A stretch of DNA of 19,983 nucleotides from Vulcanimicrobiales bacterium (GTDB lineage: Bacteria > Vulcanimicrobiota > Vulcanimicrobiia > Vulcanimicrobiales > Vulcanimicrobiaceae). The notes under the pieces are model-generated. The model had not been told where the DNA came from and did not search any database. It saw only the letters and a list, made by a program, of their open reading frames with translations. Location of the stretch: contig JBBQQR010000029.1 of NCBI GenBank assembly GCA_038215615.1, forward strand, positions 1 to 19,983, written 5' to 3'. Below are positions 7,906 through 15,601 of this stretch, one piece after another; within the stretch, counting starts at the first letter, position 1; each line of letters begins with the position of its first letter. Made by a program: the position numbers and the translations under genes.

Positions 7906-9029
7906 GTCACGACCTCTTCCAAACGATGTGCATCACGAGCGAAGACGATTTCCATGGCGATGCGTTCGCCGACCGAAACGTCGCGTCCCCACCGGTAACT
8001 CGAGTAAGGCGTGTACCGCGTTCCCGGCGAGCCCGGAATGCGCAGCGACACGTCGTAACACACGAATTCCTTCGGCGGTCCCGCGACGATCGCGCACTGC
8101 AGCGCGAACGGCCCGATGACTCCGGGCGGATTGAGTTCGCGCGCCGCCTGCAGAAACGCCGCGCCCATTTCGAAGGCTTTCTCGAGCATAGACTCCGTCA
8201 ATGTCGCAGCGATATGCCCGGCTTCTTCCAAACGCATCGGCACGTCTTGTAGCGCGCCCAACGCCGACGGGGGTATATTGCGAAACCCTTCGAGGTTGGT
8301 TTGCCTGCGCGTATCGGTGCCGCAAAGTTCGAGTTCGTGCAGCACGGGCGAATAGAAAAAGTTCAGGTTAACGGTCGGCCCGAGGGCATATTCCTCGATG
8401 ACGGCGTCGTGCAGTCCCTCCTCGCGCACCGCCCCGTCGCGAATCAGCCGCTGCGACACCTCGCGGTACTCCCTAGCCGACGAGCACAAAAAGAACGCGC
8501 GCTCAAATGCGATTTTCGCGTGTTGCGCTTTCACCATAACGAGCCGGTCGATCTGTCCCGGATCCTTAAACTGAAGCGGATGGCGAATCCCCGCGCGGCG
8601 TAAAAGCGCGTACTGGTTGTTCGCTTCGCCGCGTTCCTCAGCACGAAGCAACGTTCGATTGCCGAACATCGGAACGCGCATGCCGGCCTCAATCTCGTCG
8701 TAGGAATACTTTTCGCGCAAGTACACTTCGAACGAGCGGTTTGCAACAAAAACGACATTGCGTTTGCGCAATTCGTCTTGCACCTTAGATTGCAGAATAT
8801 CGACGAACGCCTCAAGTTCCAATGTTGCGTCGACGCATCCGCGAGCGGGCGCATCCTCGCGCGCATAATAGCGGGCGTACGTTTTTTCCCGGCCTTTTGC
8901 GGTAACGACCAAATTACGCAGCCCCTGTGCCCGCGCGCCCGCCGCCACTTCTAGCGCGGAGTGGCTCCCGATGGAGCACAAAGTCAGCGCGGAGCGGTCG
9001 TAACCGTCAAGGAGTGCGGCGGAATTCAC
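7902..9029 (-). CDS. PurP-like ATP-grasp protein (formate--AICAR ligase family, DUF1246/DUF1297)
   Basis: IGSHSAL, NRSF, PMFGNRTLLRAEER, IDRLVMVK, IEEY, FFYSP, TD-RRQTN, ESMLEK, PPGVIGPFALQ, DVSLRIPGSPG, SVGERIAMEI, LEEVVT C-terminus. Confidence 0.88.
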   Translation of the reverse strand: MNSAALLDGYDRSALTLCSIGSHSALEVAAGARAQGLRNLVVTAKGREKTYARYYAREDAPARGCVDATLELEAFVDILQSKVQDELRKRNVVFVANRSFEVYLREKYSYDEIEAGMRVPMFGNRTLLRAEERGEANNQYALLRRAGIRHPLQFKDPGQIDRLVMVKAQHAKIAFERAFFLCSSAREYREVSQRLIRDGAVREEGLHDAVIEEYALGPTVNLNFFYSPVLHELELCGTDTRRQTNLEGFRNIPPSALGALQDVPMRLEEAGHIAATLTESMLEKAFEMGAAFLQAARELNPPGVIGPFALQCAIVAGPPKEFVCYDVSLRIPGSPGTRYTPYSSYRWGRDVSVGERIAMEIVFARDAHRLEEVVT

Positions 9030-9037
9030 GAGCGGCG

Positions 9038-9043
9038 AGGTTA
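9038..9043 (-). promoter_or_regulatory. Possible -10 box (TAACCT) for the purP-like operon
   Basis: TAACCT on the minus strand, 8 nt before the GTG start, with no evident Shine-Dalgarno. Lies in a 48-bp divergent intergenic region. Confidence 0.35.
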
Positions 9044-9077
9044 GACGCGCCTTTAGGCCGTACCCGCCTTGTTAGCC

Positions 9078-10433
9078 ATGGCAACGCTTCTTTTGAAGAA
9101 CGCGCACACGGTTGCGACTTTTGACCGCGAGCGCCACGAACTGCACGGCGTGAGCATCTTCTTGCGGGATAACGTCGTCGAGGCGATCGACCCTGCAGGC
9201 GCGCGCGGACGGGCCGCGGACGCGACCATCGATTGTTCGCGCATGGTGCTGCTGCCCGGTCTTGTGAACACGCACCACCATTTCTACCAAACGCTCACGC
9301 GCAGTGTCCCGGGCACACAGGATGTTAAACTTTTCGACTGGCTGCAGACGCTCTATCCGATGTGGGGCCGGTTTACACCCGAGGCAATCCGCGTCTCGAC
9401 GCAGATTGCGATCGCCGAGCTTTTGCTCTCGGGCTGCACGACCTCGATGGATCACACCTACGTTTGGCCTCACGGTTCGCGCGTAGACGATCAGATCGAA
9501 GTCGCGCAAGCGATGGGCTTCCGCTTTCACGCATCGCGCGGTTCCATGTCGCTCGGTCGCTCCAAGGGAGGCTTGCCGCCCGACGATGTCGTCGAAGACG
9601 AAGCAGACATCCTAAAAGATACGCAACGCGTCATTGAGACCTACCACGATCCGAACCCACTCGCGATGACCCGCATTGTCGTCGCTCCCTGTTCGCCGTT
9701 TTCCGTAACGCCCGACCTCATGCGCGAGAGCATCGCGCTCGCGCGCAGCGCGGGCGTGCACTCGCATACGCATCTCGCCGAGACGCTGGATGAGGAAAAG
9801 TATTGCCTCGAGCATTTCGCGTGCCGTCCGGTGGAACTGGCGGAAAAGCTGGGCTGGGTCGGAGCCGACGTATGGCACGCGCACATGGTGCATGCTTCGG
9901 CTTCTGAATGCGAACGTTTAGGCGCTACGCGCACCGGCATCGCTTACTGCGCCAGTTCGAATATGCGCTTGGGTTCGGGCATCGCGCCGATTTTGGCGCT
10001 GCGAAACGCAAACGCGCGCGTGGGACTGGGCGTCGACGGCTCCGCTTCTAACGACTCATCCAGCCTGATCGACGAAGTGCGCCATGCGATGCTCTTACAG
10101 CGCGTCTCCGCCGGTATACCCGACGCCCTGACGGCGCGCAACTCGCTGGGCCTTGCCACGCGTGGCGGCGCGGAAGTTTTAGGCCGCGATGATATCGGCT
10201 CGCTCGAGCCGGGGAAGGCCGCGGATATTGCCGGCTGGTCGATCGATTCGCTCGAGCTCTCGGGCGCGGCAGTACACGATGCGGTCGCATCGCTGGTCTT
10301 CTGCCGTCCGCAGCGCGCCGATCTCGTGATCGTTAACGGCAAAGAACGTGTCCGCAACGGCGAGATTTTGGATTTCGATTTGCAAGCGACGGTGAACAAA
10401 GCAAACGAAATCGCCCGATCACTAGCGCGGTGA
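9078..10433 (+). CDS. 8-oxoguanine deaminase (amidohydrolase superfamily)
   Basis: ATG at 9078. PGLVNTHHHFYQTLTR, LFDWLQTLYP, RGSMSLGRSKGGLPPD, APCSPFSV, HTHLAET, WHAH, SSNMRLGSG, GVDGSASND. Confidence 0.85.
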   Translation: MATLLLKNAHTVATFDRERHELHGVSIFLRDNVVEAIDPAGARGRAADATIDCSRMVLLPGLVNTHHHFYQTLTRSVPGTQDVKLFDWLQTLYPMWGRFTPEAIRVSTQIAIAELLLSGCTTSMDHTYVWPHGSRVDDQIEVAQAMGFRFHASRGSMSLGRSKGGLPPDDVVEDEADILKDTQRVIETYHDPNPLAMTRIVVAPCSPFSVTPDLMRESIALARSAGVHSHTHLAETLDEEKYCLEHFACRPVELAEKLGWVGADVWHAHMVHASASECERLGATRTGIAYCASSNMRLGSGIAPILALRNANARVGLGVDGSASNDSSSLIDEVRHAMLLQRVSAGIPDALTARNSLGLATRGGAEVLGRDDIGSLEPGKAADIAGWSIDSLELSGAAVHDAVASLVFCRPQRADLVIVNGKERVRNGEILDFDLQATVNKANEIARSLAR

Positions 10434-10441
10434 AAAACAAT

Positions 10442-10522
10442 GTGTCATGGTAAACGTGGTGTCATGGTAAACGGGCGCCGGAAGGCGCCCTGGTCGAACC
10501 ATGCCCGAGCCGAGTCGAGGGC
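10442..10522. repeat. Intergenic cluster of palindromic REP-like elements plus a 15-bp direct repeat
   Basis: GTGTCATGGTAAACG at 10442-10456 and 10459-10473. Hairpin GGGCGCC-GGAA-GGCGCCC at 10473-10490, closed by CATGGT/ACCATG. Variant GCCC-GAG-CCGA-GTCGA-GGGC at 10503-10522. Confidence 0.75.
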
Positions 10523-10525
10523 CGC

Positions 10526-11047
10526 ATGGATCTAACGTTTCGCAGGCCGGCTACAGAGCTTGCTCCTGCGTTCGAGGAATTCCTGAGCGCTTTCAACTCT
10601 GAAGATCACGATATGTGGCCCAAAAATAGCATCTTCGGTCTGGCGCGCACGGACTTGCCCGCGTACATCGAGTTCGTACAACTGGCCGCCGAAGGCCGCG
10701 CCTTGCCCGAGCGTTGGGTTACATCCGATACGTACTGGGCTTTCGCCGGTGATGAAATGGCCGGCGAAGTTCACGTCCGCCATTACGTCCGCGGTACGCT
10801 TTGGCGGGTCGGCGGCCACATCGGGTATTCGGTGCAACCGAAATTCCGCGGTCAAAGCATTGCCACGGCGATGCTGCGCCACGCCTGCGACCGCTTGCGC
10901 GAGCTTGGCGAAGTAGACGCATTACTCACCTGCTGGGATGAAAACGTTGCCTCAGCCCGGGTTATCGAAAAATGCGGAGGCGAGAGACTTCCCGACGCTA
11001 TCGACGCCGGCCACAAGGCGCGCCGCTATCTCATCCCCCTCGTCTAG
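10526..11047 (+). CDS. GNAT-family N-acetyltransferase
   Basis: LPERWV, GEVHVRH, GGHIGYSVQPKFRGQSIATAML (acetyl-CoA motif A), LLTC..NVASARVIEKCGG. Confidence 0.88.
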   Translation: MDLTFRRPATELAPAFEEFLSAFNSEDHDMWPKNSIFGLARTDLPAYIEFVQLAAEGRALPERWVTSDTYWAFAGDEMAGEVHVRHYVRGTLWRVGGHIGYSVQPKFRGQSIATAMLRHACDRLRELGEVDALLTCWDENVASARVIEKCGGERLPDAIDAGHKARRYLIPLV

Positions 11048-11065
11048 CGAAAGGCAGAACGGATC

Positions 11066-11899
11066 ATGATTATGTTGCTAGCGGCCACCGCGCTTCCCGC
11101 GCAAGCGTTTGCGTACACTCCGCCCGCTATCGTCTCCCGCAAAGCACTGCCCGCGCCCCGCGGCGTAAAAGAAACCGCGCTTCGCATTAGTTTGCCTTCG
11201 ACCGGTCGCCTCGTCGACGCATTGCTCTGGCAGCCGGCACACGTAACGGGCCGCCACGGCGCCGTGTTGTTTGCGCACTGGTTAGGCCAGGCGGCGAAAT
11301 CGAACCCGGCGGAGTTTGCGCCTGATGCAGTCGCACTTGCGCAAAAAGGCATCACGTCACTGTCGGTTCAGGAGCCTTGGTCAGACGCCACGTGGTTTGA
11401 AAAACTCCGCGCGCCGGCAACGGACTACGACATGTCGATCGGCGTCGTGAAAGACTTACGGGCCGCGCTGGATGTGCTTGCCGCTCAACCGCAAGTGGAC
11501 GCTGAGAACCTCGCCTTCGTCGGCCACGATTTCGGCGCAATGTTCGGCGCGATCATGAGCGGAGTCGATCCGCGCCCGCACTACTACGTCTTCATTGCGG
11601 GTACCGCCACACTCCGCGAATGGTACGCTCTCGACGAGCGGAAGCCGGCCGATCTCGACGCCTATACGCAATCAATGAGCCGTCTCGACTCCGGCCTTTA
11701 CCTCTCGCAAGCGACGGCGCAAGGCTATTTCTTTCAATTCGCCCGCAAGGATGGGTACATTCCGTTGGAGCGCGCCTTTGCGTTCTTTAACGGAGCCGGC
11801 GAGCCGCGAACGATGACGATCTACGACGCTACCCACTCTATGCAGAGTAAGGCAATTTTAGCGGATCGCCTCGCCTGGCTGCTCCAGCGCCTACATTAG
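11066..11899 (+). CDS. Alpha/beta hydrolase fold protein, probably exported
   Basis: AVLFAHW, LAQKG, PQVDAENLAFVGHDFGA elbow, KDGYIP, YDATH. N-terminus ends AQAFA (short signal-like sequence). Start is uncertain. Confidence 0.75.
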   Translation: MIMLLAATALPAQAFAYTPPAIVSRKALPAPRGVKETALRISLPSTGRLVDALLWQPAHVTGRHGAVLFAHWLGQAAKSNPAEFAPDAVALAQKGITSLSVQEPWSDATWFEKLRAPATDYDMSIGVVKDLRAALDVLAAQPQVDAENLAFVGHDFGAMFGAIMSGVDPRPHYYVFIAGTATLREWYALDERKPADLDAYTQSMSRLDSGLYLSQATAQGYFFQFARKDGYIPLERAFAFFNGAGEPRTMTIYDATHSMQSKAILADRLAWLLQRLH

Positions 11900-14092
11900 T
11901 TACGCGGTTACAGTAACGGTGCCGGCCGTTGTCTTTGCGCGTGCAAGGGCGGCCAGGACTCGTTCCGGCGTAAACGGTACTTGCGTTACCCAAGCGCCGG
12001 TTGCGGCATGGATCGCGTTCGCAACGGCGGCCGCAAACGGAACCAGCGCCATCTCCGCAACTCCCCGCGCGCCGAACGGGCCGTTCGGATCGGCCAGTTC
12101 CATGATAACCGGATAGACTTCCGTCGGCATGTCGAGCGTCGTTGGCAAAAGGTAGTTGCTAAAATGCGGTGTGAGAATTCTACCGTCTTTGCACTGGAAA
12201 TTCTCCGTGATTGCATAACCCACGGCTTGCGCTAAGCATCCCTCGATCTGTCCTTCAACTTGCTGTTTGTTGATAGCCTTGCCGACGTCGTGCACGCTGA
12301 TGATGCGCAGAACGCGCACGAGTCCCGTGGCCGTATCGACTTCGACTTCGACTGCTTGCGAAACGTAACCGTAATTGAAATGCGGCATGCCTCGACCGCT
12401 TTCCGGTTCGAGCGGCGTGGTTTGCGCGGGACGAAACTGCACCGTCGCCTTCGCATCCTTACCGGGAAACTTCTCCAGCGCCGCCGTCGCCGCGTCCTTG
12501 ACCGCGCGGCCGCCCATGAACGTCATGCGCGAAGCCGAGGCGCTGCCCGCATTCGGCGACTCGTGGCTGTCCTCTGCGATCAATTCGATACGCTCGGGGG
12601 GCACATTGAGCGTGGCCGCACAGACCGTCCGCATAACCAAGTGCGCGCCCTGACCGCACTCGGCCGCGCCGATGCGCAGTACGACACGATCGATCTCTTG
12701 TGCGCCGAACAGCTCGACGGTCGCCGTAGCCTGATCGGGGAAGCCGAACGAATAGCCGATGTTCTTAATCCCCGACGCTAGGCCCACGCCTCGCACGATG
12801 TCATGGTGAGCTGGTCGAACCACGGCCGACGAGGCCCCGTTTCCGCTGAAGCGCGCCCCCATCTCTGCGACGCAGCGTTCCAGCACGGGCAACGCGCTCA
12901 CGCCTTGCGGCAGCGGCGTTTGCGTTGCGGTGAGGCTGCCTTCGCGGTACATATTGCGCCGGCGGATCTCGGCCGGATCGATTCCGACCTTATGCGCTAA
13001 GCGCGTGACCATGGATTCGGCAGCGAAGTGCGCCTGCGGCAAACCAAACCCGCGGAAAGCGCCGCACGGCACGTTATTCGTATAGACGACGTAGCCATCG
13101 GTCGCGACGTTTTCAATTTCGTAGGTTCCCGATGCGCCGACCGTCGCGCCCTTAAGCACTTCGACGCTCGTGCTCGCGTAGGCGCCACCGTCAGCGAGCA
13201 ACTCGGTTTGCGCGGCGACGATCTTGCCGTCTTTGTTCGCAGCCCACTTCGAGCGGATAAAATACGGGTGGCGTTTTTGATGGCCGACGATCGACTCTTC
13301 GCGATTCCATACCAGCGCGGTAGGCCGCTTCAGCTTCCACGTCGCCAGCGCCAGCAGCGGCTGTACGATCAAATCTTCGCGGCCGCCGAACGCTCCGCCG
13401 ATCTTAGCGTACCGGATCACGACGTCGTCTTCGCCGAGCTGCAGCATCTTGGCGATCTGCCGGCGATCCTCGTGCAACCATTGCCCGGCCGTTTCGACGA
13501 CGAGCTTATCGCCCTCGTAATAGGCAACGCCCGCGTCGGGCTGAAGGTACGCGTGCTCTTGCCACGACGTCGAAAACTCTTCTTCTATAACGACGTCCGC
13601 CAAATCAAAGGCAGCTTCGACATCGCCTTTTCGAATGCGAATATGGCCCAGAATATTATTCTCGCGCTCGCCATGCACCAGGGCCGAGTCCGGCTCCATC
13701 GCGGCACGGGCATCCGAGACGACCGGCAACTCCTCGTACTCCACGTGCACGAGCTTCGCGGCAGCTTCCGCCGCCTCGAGCGTTTCCGCGGCTACCAGCG
13801 CGACGCGGTCGCCAACGAAGCGCACCTTGTCGTCGCAGAGCAGCGGCTGATCGTCGTCGATCAGGCCGAAGCGATTGAAAGGCACATCCGCCGCGGTCAT
13901 GACGGAAATAACGCCCGGCTGAGCCAACGCCGCCGACGTATCCACCGAAACGATGCGTGCGTGCGCGCGGTTCCCGAAGACCGCCTTCAGCTGCACCATA
14001 TCGGCGCGCACCAAATCCGCCGGATATAGTGCTGCTCCCGTGACCTTTCCTAGCGCGTCGGGGCGCGGAAGCGCTTGACCGATGGTGTCCAT
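11900..14092 (-). CDS. Xanthine dehydrogenase family molybdopterin-binding subunit
   Basis: ATG at 14092 (MDTIGQALPRPDALGKVTG). QEHAYLQP, IGGAFGGR, GAFRGFGLPQ, GQG, SASASR, HDVGKAIN, EGQIEG, GPFGARGVAE (catalytic Glu). Confidence 0.93.
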   Translation of the reverse strand: MDTIGQALPRPDALGKVTGAALYPADLVRADMVQLKAVFGNRAHARIVSVDTSAALAQPGVISVMTAADVPFNRFGLIDDDQPLLCDDKVRFVGDRVALVAAETLEAAEAAAKLVHVEYEELPVVSDARAAMEPDSALVHGERENNILGHIRIRKGDVEAAFDLADVVIEEEFSTSWQEHAYLQPDAGVAYYEGDKLVVETAGQWLHEDRRQIAKMLQLGEDDVVIRYAKIGGAFGGREDLIVQPLLALATWKLKRPTALVWNREESIVGHQKRHPYFIRSKWAANKDGKIVAAQTELLADGGAYASTSVEVLKGATVGASGTYEIENVATDGYVVYTNNVPCGAFRGFGLPQAHFAAESMVTRLAHKVGIDPAEIRRRNMYREGSLTATQTPLPQGVSALPVLERCVAEMGARFSGNGASSAVVRPAHHDIVRGVGLASGIKNIGYSFGFPDQATATVELFGAQEIDRVVLRIGAAECGQGAHLVMRTVCAATLNVPPERIELIAEDSHESPNAGSASASRMTFMGGRAVKDAATAALEKFPGKDAKATVQFRPAQTTPLEPESGRGMPHFNYGYVSQAVEVEVDTATGLVRVLRIISVHDVGKAINKQQVEGQIEGCLAQAVGYAITENFQCKDGRILTPHFSNYLLPTTLDMPTEVYPVIMELADPNGPFGARGVAEMALVPFAAAVANAIHAATGAWVTQVPFTPERVLAALARAKTTAGTVTVTA
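12799..12824. repeat. 26-bp palindromic REP-like element within the Mo-subunit CDS
   Basis: TGTCATGGTGAGCTGGTCGAACCACG, read on the minus strand as VVRPAHHD. Confidence 0.7.
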
Positions 14093-14094
14093 CG

Positions 14095-15561
14095 TTAGAT
14101 GACGCGCGCTTCTTCGCGAGGCTCGCGTTGCGCGGCCATTTCCGATGCTGCTTGCTGCATCGCGTCGAGAATCTTGCGATAGCCCGTGCAACGGCAAATG
14201 TTTCCGCTAATCGCGGTTTGATGCTGGGCGAGGGTTGGCGCTTGGCATTCTTGCAGCAGCTTTGCGCCCGCCATCAGCATACCGGGTATGCAAAAACCGC
14301 ATTGGACTGCGCCGCGTTCGATGTAGGCCTGCTGCAGCGGGTGGAGCGCGTTGTCATCCTGAGTTTGTCGAAGGACGTTGTGACTGGCCGCCAACCCCTC
14401 AATCGTCACGAGCGCATGACCGTGCGCTTGCGCCGCCGGAACCAAACACGACATCACCGCCTGTCCATCGATCCAAACGGTGCATGCCCCGCACTCGCCC
14501 TCGGCGCAGCCCTCTTTCGATCCGGTTAGCGAAGCATTTTCGCGCAAGGCGTTGAGCAGCGTCTTGCGTCCGGCGTCGCGCATCTCGGTGCGTTTGCCGT
14601 TAACCGTCGAAACGATGGTTCCCGTAAACTCCTCAACGAAGGAAATCGCAGGCGGTTCGCCCGTGTCGAGCAAGATGTGGCGGTCGGGCAAACCGTCCGC
14701 GCATGTATCGCCGGCGATGTGCTCCAAGCTGCGCTCCACGAGCGCGCGCACCGCAAGGCGCCGGTACTCGGCGCTGCCCCGCACGTCGCCGATCGGCGAG
14801 ACATCCTCAAGCACTGCTTCCCCGGCTGCAGAGATCGCCTTTGCGCTCAGTGCTTTTCCAAGCAGTGCCGCCTCCGCGTTTTTTGCGCGCACGATCGTCG
14901 GCGCCAAACACCCGAGCGCGATCCTCGCTTCCTCAATCGCGCCGTCGCGGCCGGCGCGCACGATCGTCGCAACGCTAATCACCGATATTGCTTGCGCGCG
15001 GCGCAAACCGAGCTTGAGAAAAATCCCGCGTTCGTTTTGAGTTAAAGGGCGCACGCGAATTTCACGCAGAAGCTCGTCCGGACGCATCTGCGTCTGCCGG
15101 AAGCCGGTAAAAAAGTCGGCCATGTCGAGGGCGCGTACGCCATCAACACTTTGCAATACGATTTCACCGCCCATGGCGATCAGCGGAACGATCGTGTCGT
15201 TGGCCGGCGAGGCGGTGACCAGGTTGCCGGCGAGAGTCGCCCGCGTGCGGATCTGCGGCGCGCCGACTTCGACGCACGCTTGCACGAGCGGCAGCGCGCG
15301 CTGCGCGCACGCCCGCGAAGCCAGTACGTCGTTGTGCGTCGCGAGTCCGCCGATAGCGATGCGCTCGCCTTCGTCGCGCACGTATTTCAGCTCGTGCAGT
15401 TGCGTCACGTCGATCAGCGTTTGGGTCGGTTTCACGCCGCGCTGCAGCTCAACGAGCACGTCGGTGCCGCCCGAGACGATGCGCGCCGCCGCACCGTGTT
15501 CGCGGAGCAACGCAAGCGCCCGCGCTATCGAACGCGGCTGAAAATACTGCTGCCACAGCAT
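14095..15561 (-). CDS. Fused FAD-binding + (2Fe-2S)x2 subunit of the xanthine dehydrogenase family
   Basis: N-terminal GGTDV, VGAPQIRTRATLAGNLVTASPANDT, PIGDVRGSAEYRR. C-terminal GCAEGECGACTV...SC and QCGFCIPG...GNICRCTGY. Confidence 0.93.
   Translation of the reverse strand: MLWQQYFQPRSIARALALLREHGAAARIVSGGTDVLVELQRGVKPTQTLIDVTQLHELKYVRDEGERIAIGGLATHNDVLASRACAQRALPLVQACVEVGAPQIRTRATLAGNLVTASPANDTIVPLIAMGGEIVLQSVDGVRALDMADFFTGFRQTQMRPDELLREIRVRPLTQNERGIFLKLGLRRAQAISVISVATIVRAGRDGAIEEARIALGCLAPTIVRAKNAEAALLGKALSAKAISAAGEAVLEDVSPIGDVRGSAEYRRLAVRALVERSLEHIAGDTCADGLPDRHILLDTGEPPAISFVEEFTGTIVSTVNGKRTEMRDAGRKTLLNALRENASLTGSKEGCAEGECGACTVWIDGQAVMSCLVPAAQAHGHALVTIEGLAASHNVLRQTQDDNALHPLQQAYIERGAVQCGFCIPGMLMAGAKLLQECQAPTLAQHQTAISGNICRCTGYRKILDAMQQAASEMAAQREPREEARVI
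14352..14377. repeat. 26-bp palindromic REP-like element within the 2Fe-2S domain CDS
   Basis: TGTCATCCTGAGTTTGTCGAAGGACG, read on the minus strand as VLRQTQDD. Matches 12799-12824 at 20/26 positions. Confidence 0.75.
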
Positions 15562-15601
15562 AACGGTCGGACTTCACCGGGCCCCTGTTGAAGCCATGCG
15601 C

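Noticed and set aside
10473..10490. GC hairpin as intrinsic terminator of the deaminase gene
   Set aside because: No U-tract follows on the plus strand, and it is better explained as part of the palindromic repeat.
11900..15561. Aerobic CO dehydrogenase (coxMSL)
   Set aside because: The active-site loop reads GAFRGFG rather than AYxCSFR or AYRGAGR, and the context is purine catabolism.
1431..15592. Loose (A/C)GG-N18-NNWA pattern upstream of 1477, 9078 and 15602 as an alternative-sigma promoter
   Set aside because: Too degenerate, and it does not fit other gene starts, so it cannot be distinguished from chance by eye.
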